A stretch of 64,000 nucleotides of DNA from Utricularia gibba. Its lineage: Eukaryota; Plantae; Magnoliophyta. The notes under the pieces were generated by a model. It had not been told where the DNA came from. It saw only the letters and a list, made by a program, of their open reading frames with translations, and made no database searches. The stretch lies in NCBI GenBank assembly GCA_002189035.1, contig NEEC01000025.1, positions 186,001-250,000 on the forward strand, in the 5' to 3' direction. Positions within the stretch are counted from its first letter, which is position 1; each line of letters starts with the position of its first letter. Made by a program: the position numbers and the translations under genes. Positions 12,817 to 25,479 of this stretch are shown here, in pieces.

Positions 12817-13470
12817 ATGTTTTTAGGACTGACTGGTTCCTCTCTGTGCATCACTACTGATGTTTCTACTTGCCAACCAACCTCAGCTTCCTGATACTCT
12901 GATGATCATCTGTCCGATCCCATTGTTCCAGGCTTTAGAGTATGTTGTGCCTGTGGACATTTGTTTTACAATAACTCTTGTAATATATTGGTTTGACTCT
13001 TTCCCAGTGTGGAGCAACGAGGATCGTGTTCCTCTTCTGAAACAAAAACTGAACAGGGAAAAAGTTGAAGAACCAGGATGATCAAATCTCTAAAGTTTGC
13101 AGGCGGATAGACCCGCATTTGAACCTCCATTGATTAAACTATGAAATCGAAATGTGGGAGTTCTTCTTCTTCTTCTGTTTTTCATCTGCAGCCCATTTCA
13201 AAGCCAAAACAGTTGCAGTAGACAGGGGCGCATGAAATGATTCCATGGGCAAGAAGGAATACCAGTAGTGGGGCTCACATCAGGTCATTCAGTTACGGTT
13301 TGAAGTTTCTTTCCACGTTTTCTAGCTGCTGGGGGTGTCCTGTGTTAAAACGGTTACATTGATTGGTTGAAAAAAGAAAGTCTTGATTTAATCTCTTTCA
13401 ACTGATAGAAAAAGATGGTGTGCCTTCTTTGTCTGTCTCCTTAACAGAAACGCTGCTGAAAGCGAAAAGA

Positions 13471-14868
13471 ATGTCTGGAGAAAGTGTTCGTTTTGATCAA
13501 ACCAGCGGATTCATTGAAGATGGGGATGAAAATGGTGATTCACAGTCACAACTCCAGGCACCAAACGCACAGAATCTCGACAGCTCGTTAACCCAGTTAG
13601 CTGCTTCTGCTACTGCTCTGGAAATGGAGGCTCTTCATCATCACCCATTCAACTTGAGGATTGATTATGAAAACGGGAATGATGTTCGCGTTCATGAGCA
13701 GATGGGCACCACTTTTGAGACTCAAGATCAGTACCTTTATCTTCACAATCCCTCTGTTTCAACTGAGTTTATACAAAATTTTCACACCGTTTCATCCCCA
13801 GATAACCCCTTCTCTGTTCCACCTCAACTGCTTCCTCCCCCTTGTTCAAAATTTTCCAATTTGTTGACATCTTTAGGCGTTCTGGGTCAGTCATCTGTTT
13901 ACGACACTTTGGATCAGCCATCTCTGGTGAGGGATCTGTTCCATTCTACATCCACTGGAGGAGGTGGAGGAACAAAGATTGGATCTTTTTTTGATGGTGA
14001 GGGAGGATTGTTTCAAAATCCGAGTCACAGGGCAAATGGAGGAGAAACAGGAGATTTTGAATGTGGGTTTTTCGAGTTCACTGCTGGAGAAATGGATCAT
14101 CGCATTGGCAACAAAAGAAACGGAAATGTCACCAAGCATTTGGGAACTGAAAAGCAGAGGAGAGTTGCCATGCACGACAAGTATGAAGCTTTGAGTAAAA
14201 TGATACCAAATCCCACCAAGGTACACGTAACCAACCAAGTTTTCCATAACCAAACACCTAAACATTGATGGTTTCGTTTGTTTTCTTTTGATTCCAGAAC
14301 GATAGAGCATCCGTCGTTGCGGACGCTATAAGTTACATCAAAGAACTGAAGAGGACTGTAGCTGAGCTCAAAGTTCTTGCTGAAAAGAAGAGAAGTGCAA
14401 AAGAAAGGCTCAAAAGGCCCAAAGTTGAGCCTAATGATGGTATGATTGTTGGAGATGTAAACCAGGAGGATGGATTCACTCTCAGAAGCTCCTGGCTTCA
14501 GAGAAAGTCCAAACACATGGAGATTGATGTAAGGATCATAGATGATGAAGTCACTGTGAAGCTTGTGCAGCAGAAGAGAATCAACTGCCTGGTCTATGTT
14601 TCTAAGGTTCTCGATGAGCTTCACCTCGACCTTCACCATGTTGCTGGAGGTGTTATAGGAGATTATTACAGCTTCTTGTTCAACTCAAAGGTAAAAGCCA
14701 TGCCTCCACATTCCCACAAAAATTGACACTTTGACATCAGTGTGCCATCAACACAACTGCTTGTTGTAGATATGCGAAGGCTCCATTGTCTATGCAAGTG
14801 CTCTGGCCAACAAGCTGATCGAAGCTGTGGATCAGCAGTATGCAGCCGCAGTTGGGCCTCCAAGGTGA
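13471..14868 (+). CDS. Anther/tapetum-type bHLH transcription factor (bHLH010/089/091, EAT1 clade)
   Basis: Exons 13471-14220, 14298-14690, 14770-14868. bHLH reads KHLGTEKQRRVAMHDKYEALSKMIPNPTK-NDRASVVADAISYIKEL. ACT-like tail LRSSWLQRKSKHMEIDVRIIDDEVTVKLVQQKRINCL...SFLFNSK-ICEGSIVYASALANKLIE. Confidence 0.92.
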
Positions 14869-15458
14869 AGATGATGATGCAGCAGCAGCTGCTGCTTCTT
14901 CTCCCAAGAAAGTTTTTACAAGGAAACACTAAGTTTATGAGCTGCATTACATTAACTCATTTCCAGTATCCCTAATTTATCTCATATCCAAATCCAGAAC
15001 TTGTTGACATGTACATGTGTTGAGGTAATACAGGCTATAAAGCAACGCGTCTGTACCCATCTTAATCCTGAATTTCTTCTATATATTATCAGAGTTTTCA
15101 CCTCACTATATGGCTTGGATGGTCTTGAATCTTGATGCGTTATGGAACTCGGTTAAAAGGCAACAAGAGCAAATTTTTTGTGAGCCCTGTTAGTTACGTG
15201 AACCAACGAGATGAGAAACATGGTGAGCATTTCTCAACTGCTTCAGAAACAAGAACACAGAAAGAGAGAGGATCACACAGTTCGTTGTCCGGTCTCAGTT
15301 CCTAATGAACAAGTATGGGCCGGCCTAAATGGTTATTGAGCTTCGGACCGAATAATATTATGAAAAAGCCCAAGTGGCCAAGACGAGAGCTGCGATTTTG
15401 AGGTATCGTATCGCATTACTTGAGCTTTCCGGCGGTGGCGAGACGCGAGCATTGAGAT

Positions 15459-16479
15459 ATGACGGCGAGGCACAGAGCGCCGGCGGTGCTGCTACCTAGG
15501 CTGATCGGAGCCTTGCGCAAAGAAACGCCGCCGAAGTATCGCACGGTGCTGCCGTCTTTGCGCAGGACTTTCTCTCTGTACGACCAGATAAACCTCATAG
15601 ATAACGTCCCCGAAGACCAACTCCGTTTCCAAGAGTAAATCCTCTTTTCCAATTAAAATTCCATTTTCAAGATTGAATGGGTTCTTTTTTTTTTTTTTTT
15701 TTTTGAAAAATTTTATTGTGTGAATCCAATTTTTCCCATGGCGTCGAAGAATGTTCTTACAAAATGCTCTCTGTAAGAAAAGGGCCACTTGATGGTATTT
15801 TATAGGAAGATCGTAGAGATGAAATCATAAAAATTGAGTTTTTGTGTATTTTTACAGGTATGATGACACTGGGTTCAAGGTAAATGGGGTGAAGTATGAA
15901 GGTAGCTTGCTTTGCGTTGGAAATTTGCTTTTGAATTGGGAACCTAAGAAATTCTCAGATATCACTGTTGAAAGGTGCACTGATGTCTTCCACCTTGTTA
16001 AAAAACGTACATTTTGTTATCTCAACTCATCCACTTTCGCTGAGTTGTCATTCCATGTTCCTGGTCTGAGAGTATCTCTAATCATTCTTGCAGCTTATCT
16101 CTATTTAAGATCGTGCGTCCAGTACCAGGTGAGAAATCAGAAGCAAAAGCTTGATTCTTTTGTACATCCCATGGTTTATTCCTGTTTCTGAGGTTGGGGG
16201 TGTCTGTTCTTGATACCAGAGATTTTAGTTTTTGGTTGTGGAAGATACATTCAGCCAGTGAACCCCGAACTTCGCAGCTTCATCCGTGCGGCTGGGATGA
16301 AACTCGAAGTACTCGACTCGGTAAGAACATATCAACTCTACCAGGTTCTCAAGAGCTTCCAAGTTGTAATGTTGTGTTTTCTTCCTCTGCAGAGAAACGC
16401 ATCATCAACTTACAACATATTGAACGAAGAAGGCAGAATGGTCGCAGCAGCTCTAATTCCCTATGGAGTTACATCGTGA
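15459..16479 (+). CDS. NDUFAF3: Mth938/DUF498 protein, mitochondrial complex I assembly factor NDUFAF3
   Basis: MTARHRAPAVLLPRL...RRTFSLYDQINLIDNVPEDQLRFQ-YDDTGFKVNGVKYEGSLLCVGN-EILVFGCGR...GMKLEVLDS-RNASSTYNILNEEGRMVAAALIP; five coding exons. Confidence 0.92.
15685..15706. repeat. Poly-T tract (about 22 nt) in NDUFAF3 intron 1
   Basis: Direct reading of the sequence; exact ends approximate. Confidence 0.85.
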
Positions 16480-16803
16480 AGCCAAAAACATTATAACTGA
16501 ACCAAGAACGGAATAACAACTGTAAATGTCTCATTTCCCTTGGGCAAGTGCAGTTCATACTCCAACTCACAGTGTATCATTCGCTCCCACAAGTTCAAAT
16601 CTTTCTTGGTCATCCATTTTCAAAATTTGTTGCTTTGGGTTGTGAAACCCTTCAAGCAACCATCTTGTGGTTCTGGGGTGATAGACAATGTGGAAAGATG
16701 AAGGTTTCTAGTCTCTGCATGAAAATGGTGTCACTGACTAGAAAGAATAGAAAAGGATAAACTATCTGTACCAGGTGGGCACTGCAATCGCCTACATATA
16801 TAC

Positions 16804-17049
16804 TTAATCTGATCTGATCTGCTTGTCAGAACCTGGAGGTCTAAGCTCTCCAAACGGACGCTGGAGCCTGATACAGCATCCTTCAATACAGAAAACACCT
16901 TTCTCAGAATCCAGGATTCACCCAACTACTTCCCCAGGGTCTTCTCCACATTGATAGCAGGGAATGAGGTGACATCAGCTGTGATCAGTCTAGTAAATGT
17001 CGCCCAAGAATTTGGATGCTCCAGGGGCATCGTTCAGAGCAGCTTCTGA
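16804..17049 (-). pseudogene. Decayed C-terminal (MA3/MI) fragment of translation initiation factor eIF4G
   Basis: Minus strand reads AALNDAPGASKFLGDIY-stop...CGEDPGEVVG-stop-ILDSEKG, then shifts frame to SVLKDAVSGSSVRLES and again to RPPGSDKQIRSD-stop. This follows remembered eIF4G (AVNDAPKAAEFLG...GGEEPG...EKGESVL...SNLRLEDFRPP). No upstream exons seen. Confidence 0.72.
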
Positions 17050-17401
17050 ACAGAGTGAGAAATCCTCTAAAAAAAGATCATGTAGAAAATATTTATACCC
17101 CGAAAACGATCGAAAAATAGATTTATTGTTTTTTCCATTATTTTGAAAAAAAAAGGCACACAAATATCCCTCGAGAGTCGAAGTCGGGTCGTGGTTGAAT
17201 TTAGAAAGAGAGGTTGTTGCAGAAATTGAGCTGTCAATCTGTGTTTGCTGGCGCCTCGTTTTGATGCTTGTGGCTAGGGCTGTCGTAGATTCGAACAGAA
17301 AAGAAGGATCTTTGGCTCGCTGTCGCTGATAATTGATTTCAGAGGGACTGGGTCTGGAGGAATTCGCCTTTAGGAGAAGATCTTAGCCTTCGGTTTCGAA
17401 A

Positions 17402-20075
17402 ATGAATGATCTTTTGTCGGTGGGTCTTACAGCCTCTTTTCCGTTTGTTTTGATGCTTTTGCAACCAAGTGGATCTTGGGAGCTGGAGATCCTGTATCCT
17501 AGACAGGGAAATTGATTGTCATAGCTTTCTCTGAGGAAGAGCTTCTGGGGTTTGTTTGTGATGTCTAAATAAAACACATTGTGCTTATGAGAATTCAGCC
17601 AATTTTATATGTACTGGGAGTTAGTGGATTTTGATATAAAGCTGGAACCTGATCAGTTGCTGATTTCAGTAGCTTTAATCCATGATTTTGAGGCAAAATT
17701 TTGTTCCCTTTGGAAGAAAGTTGAGAGCTTGCACGAGGTCTTAGGATCTGTTCCGATGCGCAGGAGGGATACTTACATAAGAATCGTCTCTTTTTCTCTT
17801 ATCTTTGTTCTCAGGATTCATTCATCAGTTCCCGGGATCAAGGGAACACGGCTGGTGACATTGAAATGGGAACTGAGAGACCTACAGCTGACCTTGGTCT
17901 GGAAGATTTCTTCAAGAAGGTGGTCACTTAACTTGGCTCTGTGAAGATCCATTAAGAATGTGTCAATATTAATTAACTTAACTTCTCTGTGGTCTAAAAT
18001 GATTTGGACCTGCAGTTAGTAGTGCTGCTTAATGTTGCCATAATTTCCTAAATTTTTCTTGACTTTCATTTTGGTATTACTAGGTTCAAGAAGTAGAGAA
18101 ACAGTATGAAAAAGTCAACAGTATACTGAGAAAGCTTCAGGTAATCAATTCTTAATTTCCTTTTTTTTTTGTGAGCTTGCATATCTAGCATTCCACATTA
18201 TGGATAACCTTTTGTTTTGAAGAGTTGCCGGCATTAGTAATTGGGATCTGGGACTTGGGTAGTTGTTTCATTCTCATACCCCCTGCGGTTGAAAATCTTC
18301 CTACCGTGCCTGTTTTTGATTTTAAATCTACTTCCATCCAATTATAGGAAGCACATGAGGAGTCTAAGGCTGTTACAAAGGCGGCTGCCATGAAAGGTCA
18401 GCTTTTTCATTTTGGCCCAAACTTAGTTTGATGGTGCTGCATTTTGAGTGTTTTTCATCCTGACGCGTGTTTACATTAATGATTTGATAACTGATCGCTT
18501 GTAACTGCGTGATTAAGCTTCAACCTTGATGCAAGATTTGACTTACTAAAGGCGCTTATACAAGCATTGATGGGATTTTTTTGAGAAATACCTGTATATG
18601 TATATTTTAAAGTGTTCCATGGCTGATGGTGAAATACTTCAGCAATCAAAAAGCGTATGGAGAAAGATGTTGATGAAGTTGGAAAAATTGCTCGCTCTAT
18701 CAAATTAAAAATTGAGGAGCTTGATAGAGAGGTGATTCAAATTTTTGGACATTTTGAGAATCTTTTTATTTTATTAATGCTTCTTCTTCTTTCTTTTCTA
18801 GAATTTATCCAATAGGCAAAAGCCTGGATGTGGTAAAGGTTCTGGTGTAGATAGATCAAGAACAGCAACTACAGTGTATGTTATTGCCCCCTTGTTTTCT
18901 CATATGCAATGTGTTATCAAGATGGATGACAACCCGAATTTTCAGGGCTCTGAAGAAAAAGTTCAAAGACAAAATGGCTGAGTTCCAGGTGTGCAAATTA
19001 CATTGTACTGGGTTGCTCTGAAATTTCAGTCTTTATTCTAGAGATCTGTGTATGTACCTTGCAGACTTTGAGGGAAAATATCCATCAAGAATATCGTGAG
19101 GTTATTGAGAGGCGTGTGTTCACAGGTGAAAGTTGATTTTTTTATTGCATGAACACTGATAGAGCTGCTGTTTTTAGTGTCTAATCATAAAATTTGGATT
19201 CCAGTGACTGGCAGTCGAGCTGATGAAGAGGTGGTTATATGATCTTCATTTTTCTCCAAATGCATCATCTTGCCTGCCTGTTTTTTTTTTTTTTAATTTT
19301 AAACTCTCTCTATGTAGACCATTGATAAATTAATAGAAACTGGGGACAGTGAGCAGATATTCCAGAAAGCAATACAGGAACAAGGCCGTGGCCAGGTATC
19401 GCTCTCTTTGTTTTTTCAAACTGTGCAGATGTCGGTTCTGTCCTCTATAAGTACCGTCATTTGGATAATCTCAGTAATTGGAATGTTTCAAATCTTCCGT
19501 TGAGCTGAGATCATCTATTTGTGTCAAAGGCGAACTCTCAATCAGATAGACAAGCGTTGATTCAGTTGGAATCATTTTCTTTTAGCACAAATAGCATGGT
19601 TACAGTTTTTCTGGTTTCCCAGATAGTGGATACTGTAGCTGAAATTCAGGAGAGACACGATGCAGTTAGAGATTTGGAAAAGAAGCTCCTGGATCTACAG
19701 CAGGTACAGCGTAGTGGCTACAGGCACACATTTTCTACTTCTTTCACCATTGACTTCTTCCCCTGCAGATTTTCTTGGACATGGCTGTTTTAGTTGACGC
19801 TCAAGGCGACATGCTTAACAACATAGAATCACAGGTGAAAACAACTTTTTTCTAGTCCTTGACTGGTGGCCCCCCTCCTCAGTTTGTATTCAATATCACA
19901 GGTCTCCTCAGCAGTGGATCATGTGCAATCTGGCAACACCGCCCTGCAGAGGGCGAAGAGTTTGCAAAAGAGCTCGAGAAAATGGATGTGCATTGGCATC
20001 ATCATCCTTCTCATCATCATCGTCATCATTGTAGTCGGTGTACTGAGGCCATGGCAAAGCAGAAATGGAGCTTAG
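17402..20075 (+). CDS. SYP132: Plasma-membrane syntaxin (Qa-SNARE) of the SYP13 clade
   Basis: Micro-exon MNDLLS (17402-17419), [10 protein letters not shown]...[80 protein letters not shown] and TM tail [27 protein letters not shown]; about 13 short exons. Confidence 0.93.
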
Positions 20076-20254
20076 ATCCTCCACCGGCCACTGTGTGTGC
20101 ATTCATTGAACTCTTCTGCTATTTGTTTTGCTTGTGAATGAGCAGCCTTTTGATTGTGGTGCCTGTCAGTTTCTAAATAACATTGAGGATTTCCAACCAA
20201 GTAAAAGTGTCGCCTGCTCTCAGCAACAATATTAACAATCCCTTCAGCAGTTGA

Positions 20255-23210
20255 CTACGTGAATTCTCCTCTCAAAACAGAGGCTGATCTTTCAATGGCT
20301 CTGGCAACTCGCCAGATCTCATGCTGGATCTTCTTCATGTTTCCTTTTTCTTCCTCTTCTGCTCCCTCATTCTCTGCCATGGCACCACTTACTCCAGGGA
20401 AAAATTCTATACTCCTTGCTCCTTTGCTGGGCAAGGGCCCGTATATCTGCATAAGCTCAACGTACAACTTCAAGTATTTTAACTCAAAAAGTCTGAACCC
20501 AACTTCCAGCACATGCACTTACGAGATGCCTGAACCATTGTCCCTGGGGGAGCCCCTCCATGTCCAAGAACCCTCTTTCAGAAAGCATGATTCTGTCATT
20601 CAGCGCCCGTTGGCTCAAAATTGACACTGCGTCAAGGCGTCTGCCAGCTTTGAGTGTCTATGAAGCACATGAACTGAGTTACTTGATTTCACAATAAGAT
20701 TTGACTTTCAAGTTCCAACCTTGATTTCTTCTGCACATCTGAGAGCAGCATCTGTAAATTCTTCAATGGCAGCAGCAATGGGATCCAGGGAAATCAGTGT
20801 CCCTTCTAACAGAGGCTTGAGGGCACTCATGTACACCTGAAGGAGACAGGTAAAAAAATATGCTGTAAACAAGAGAAGTTCTCAGGGAAACTGAAACAAG
20901 ACTTCTGAACCTTCAATTCTTTAGCATAAGAAAGATGGTTGAATGGCAGGATCAGTTCATCTGCAAGGTAAATAGCTGCAAGTCCCCATACTGCAGCAAC
21001 TGAAGCAACAGCGGCTCAGTAATATTCCCATGCCGAAAAAATTTAGACCAGAGAAGTTACCAGTGGCATGGCGATGGAATAGGGGGTCTCCATAGTTCAC
21101 CATCCACTCATAGGTGTCGAAAGCGGTATGATAAACAGGAAAATCTGCATGCATAGGAAGGATCAGATCATGTTGAGATTGTATGGCATTGTTGTTGGAA
21201 GGTGCTTAAGGTGAAAAAGTAGATACCACTCCCGAAGTAGAGATCTATAGAAGGAATCCCAGCATGGAACAAAAAGGGAGCAAAATCGGAGTCGGCTCGT
21301 CCGAGCCTTTCAACCAGCTGCTCAACAATGAAACTAGTTATCAATTGTTCACTTATATGGGAAATTCAAGAATGGCTTCAACAAGAGTGTGATGCAGAAA
21401 GAGGCATACATTGACACCTTTATTTGAAGCCATCCAACTTTCATATAAGCTCATGGTGTCCAAGTCTGGATCTTTAACCTAGAGTTGATACAACTAAGGC
21501 ATGCTTGAGTGAAACCGAGCAGAAACATTAATGTCGTTGTTAGGGTACCTGCTTTGTGACCTCAAAAATGAGATCATCTAACTGAGGATTTGCGCTGACA
21601 AAGAATCCTTGTCCCTGAACAGCACAATCTACATTGAAGTAGGCCACAGCCTTGGCTCCAAGATTAACAACATTCTGCTCAACCCATTCTGTTGATCCAA
21701 TCTGAATCAGACAAAATGAATCTATAAAATTTCATGTTCAAGATCAAATCATGGAAGTGTCTAAGACCAATACAAAGACAATCACACCATGATGACAGGC
21801 ACCCAGAGTATGAGAGCAGGACTTACCATACCGAATTCCTCTGCATCCCAACTGCAAAGAACAATTGTCCTTCTAGGATTCCAACCCAAACGCCTGAGAA
21901 GAGCGAAGCGACGAGCTATATCAAGCAAAGATGCAGTGCCACTGTTAGGATCCACAGCACCATAAGTCCACGCATCTCTATGATTCCCTAAAAGAACTGC
22001 CCGGTCTGGTTCCTCTGATCCCTTTATCACCCCAAATACATTGATAATGGTGGCCGTTTTCCTTTCTCCCTTTGACAAAAACGAGTAGAAGATGAATGAA
22101 AACAGCTTTTCCCTTACACTGCAGAACACTTATTATAACGTTGATAAAAATAGTAGCTAAACTCTGTTACAGGAGATCTCTAGACGAGAAACGAGAGCTG
22201 AGAACAGAAATATTCAACGTGATACTAAAAAAAGAACATATTTTTACAGCAAAAGGAGAAATCAAGGAATGAACATCATACCTCGTACGAAAAATCGAGC
22301 TTTGTCGGCCCAGGTCCCACCCGGCTGATTCTTCCATCGCCGGTTTTGAATATTGGTCCCCATTCAGAGGGTAACTCCATCCCCTCTAAGGTACCTAAAA
22401 TCACCTCCGCAGCAGCCTGCGAAATCGGCAGCGATGGTATGCCGGGGAACTTCTGGGTGAGACGGTGGTCGCTGAACTCAAGTTTCTCTCCACCTGCCGG
22501 CCATCCGGGCTAAGCGGATCACCCAAGCCATCCATCACGGTGCCCCTTTCAACCCCTTCCTTAAAGTCGCTCTCGGTATAAAGCAGCACCGCCGAAACGC
22601 CGTGTGCAGCGGCATTAGCGACGACGTCGAATCTCGACAAACCCGATCCTCGCCGTATTAATCCCACGCACCCCTTAACTTCCACTCCCAGAGCACGAAG
22701 CGTACGGTAGTCCTTATCCCGGCCGTAATTCAAAAACAGTGCGGCGCCGATGACGGAACCGGAGATGGAATAAGCGTGGTAGGGCAGGACGACTCCGTTT
22801 TGGGGAACACCGGGCTCGGAGAGAGTTACGGGAAGAACGGTGCCGTTCGCCAGATGGGCTGCAAGAGAGGAGCGTTTGGGATAGGAAAGGAGAACAGAGA
22901 AGTTCGTTGTGTGGGTGGAAAGGCCGAGGGATTGGAAGTGGGATTGAACGTAAAGGGCAGGGGAGAGGGATTGAGGAGACCCAGCGAGGTGGGGGAGGAG
23001 AGTGAGGTGGCGGAGGTAGGCAGCGACGGTGTAGTTGCTAGCGGAGGAGAGGAACTGGCGGCGGTAGAAGTGAGTGTCGCGGCGATCAGTGATTCCGATG
23101 GTGGTGGTGACGTGGTGGTGGAGAGTTGTGTAGACGGCGAAGAAGGCCACGAGTAAGAGGAGGAAGAGAAGAGTGACGGCGGACCTAAAACTCCGGCTGC
23201 TCAAACCCAT
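20255..23210 (-). CDS. AMP1: Glutamate carboxypeptidase II AMP1; exon 1 carries a 1-bp frameshift at about 22507-22509 (true lesion or assembly error)
   Basis: N-terminal [34 protein letters not shown] and [13 protein letters not shown]. The downstream exons ([60 protein letters not shown]...LRGEFT-stop) are intact, but the frame slips by one base after LSP. Confidence 0.9.
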
Positions 23211-23344
23211 CGCATCCACGCCGCCCAACAGACCTGGTGACCAAGAAAGCACCAGCAAATCACGCAGGAGTACATAAACACTCCCTTCCTTGCTTGTAAA
23301 ATAGCCTTCACCTTTTTTCAGAAAATGGACTTGATAATGGAGGC

Positions 23345-25221
23345 CTCCATTTCATCCTATGGAGGATTCCCCCTGCTTCTCCATTGGAGTTGGTCATAGC
23401 TTCTCCAAATATGATCTCCAATGGATCCAAGCTTGTCTCCTGTGAACACCAACAACAGAAAATAAGACAATCCATGGAGAGAGGTGTGTGCAAAGGCATG
23501 TATATTGTACATCCAGGCAAAGACAAGACAGGAGATAATTTCAGGATAGTCAGAGAATTCCTGTTACTCTCCCAATCAAGAAGAAGTCTTTACTATGCAT
23601 GTAAAGTTGGTGTAGCATGAATTCCCAACAGTGCACAAACCTGATTCTAAAGCAAACACAGCTAAAATATGACTTCATATATGAGGTTACATAGAGCAAC
23701 AATTCAACCACAGTTATGGATGGGGATTGGAGAGTCCATGAAAATTTAATGGTGTGAGAATGGAAGTGAAATACTTGATGCTCAAAAGCACGAATCTTTG
23801 GTGTCAGAAGCATACTTGTATCAACAGATATCAGTCAGCAACACGAGGTGGAAGAAGATTAGAGAAAGCTGAAACATTTCAAAACACAGACCTGCATATA
23901 TAGGAAAAACACAGCTGTGAAAGTTTTCTGGAGGCACATTAAACTACAGCGCTACTGAACTTGGATTTAGGAAGATGAGAACACATTCTGCAATTATGAA
24001 GGTTGGCGAACTGATATGAACATCAGAAAAAAAAAAGTTGATTTTTTTGGAGTAGGTAGCACAGAAAAGTAAGGAAGCAAAACAGGCCAGCCAACAACGC
24101 GAAGGCATTAATGTGAATAATGCAGATATGAGAAGAGGCAACTCAAAGCAAAGAAGATAGATATCTACAAGTTCATAAACTTTGGATCAATACCCGCCAA
24201 AGAAATTACATCATCAAGCTTTTGTGTGCACCGCAAATCAGTGTGGAGAAGTTTGTATTCGCCTTTTCTGAAAACATCAGAACGCCATCCACAATGAGAG
24301 CAACTAGATAAGAAAACAGCAGAAAATAACTGCCTCTTGCAGAAGCGGATAACTACCCTGAGAGATCTTCATCAATTTTATCCCTCAAGGGAGCACAATG
24401 TTGGATAATAGCAGCTTTCTTACTAGTCACATGAACAAAGGAGAGCGAAAATATGAAAGGGGAGAAGCTGACCTACCATATAAAACATCGGAGGTTTCAA
24501 TAGCAAGGAAGATGATAAATTCGCACAAATTCAAAATGACAAGGATGATTGAAAAACTTAACAACAAGAAAAACCCACCTCCTTGAAATCTAGTTCCACG
24601 TAATGATGAAGAGCATTACCAGAAAATTTTTTACTTAAGATCGATTGAACTCGCATAAAGCCAAGAGATGCAAAATGGGCTTGAAATTGTATTTTCGAGT
24701 AGCACATAGAAAAGGATGAATCAAAAAGAAAGGCAAAACGAGACAAGCCAATCTGAAACTGGAAAGTGGTATCATAACCAGTTACACCAGGTGACTATTT
24801 GCATCTGATCCATGTTTATCACAATCAAGAAACTCAAAAAGAATCTTCTGTAGTGCTGCTTAGCGAGCAAAACACCATTCACATTATTACAAGAGAAGTC
24901 ACATGTAAACAGATAATACACAGTCAGTTGGGTAAAGTTCCCTTGTCACACCATGATCAATAACAGGAGATCGCTTCACCGGCTTCTTCACAAATAAAAC
25001 GAAAAAAATCATCTTTGATGTATCCCTTCTGAATTCAGGACCTTTCAATTCGAAAATACACAGGACCTAAATGAACGCCTAACAACATTCTGAACTAGCT
25101 TCAAGGAATTCGATCACCAGAGCAACCATAGTGGGGAAGATGAGACCGTACAATTTTCTGGCGGAAGCGTCATAGTTGGTCGCCTGAACTACCGCACCAT
25201 TGTTCCCCAATCGGTCGCCAT
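23345..25221 (-). other. Unidentified spliced gene-like region, possibly degenerate
   Basis: ATG at 25221 (MATDWGTM then GT) and several GT-AG-bounded segments. Two adjacent exons join in frame as KKAAIIQHCAPLRDKIDEDLSG-CSHCGWRSDVFRKGEYKLLHTDLR. I could not assemble one continuous ORF or recognise the family. Confidence 0.3.
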
Positions 25222-25479
25222 GACCTCCGTTAACAGTCTCCCAAATGAACGCCAAAAAATACTAGAAAAGATCTCGCAAATCAGAAAGATCCCTGGAACG
25301 CATTAAATGGGCCTGGCCTTTGAAAGAGAATGGCACGAAAACTGATTCGTTCGACATTTTTGAAAGAAAACAGCAGTGCCCTTAAAAATTGGTATCATTC
25401 AAACAAGACGATGTTTCTGCAGTCCAGGAGCAGAAAACAGAGTATGCAATTTTGTTACAAGAGTTGAAGCTTGTAATTT

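Noticed and set aside
22776-23156. Long opposite-strand or alternate-frame ORFs here and at 25746-26216, 31753-32172, 35800-36243, 44868-45299 and 56669-57565
   Set aside because: They are shadows of GC-rich coding exons of identified genes and show no independent protein signatures.
23371-23383. 13-nt match to the 5' part of miR164 (TGGAGAAGCAGGG, minus strand)
   Set aside because: The remaining bases diverge and no pairing star arm is visible; likely coincidence.
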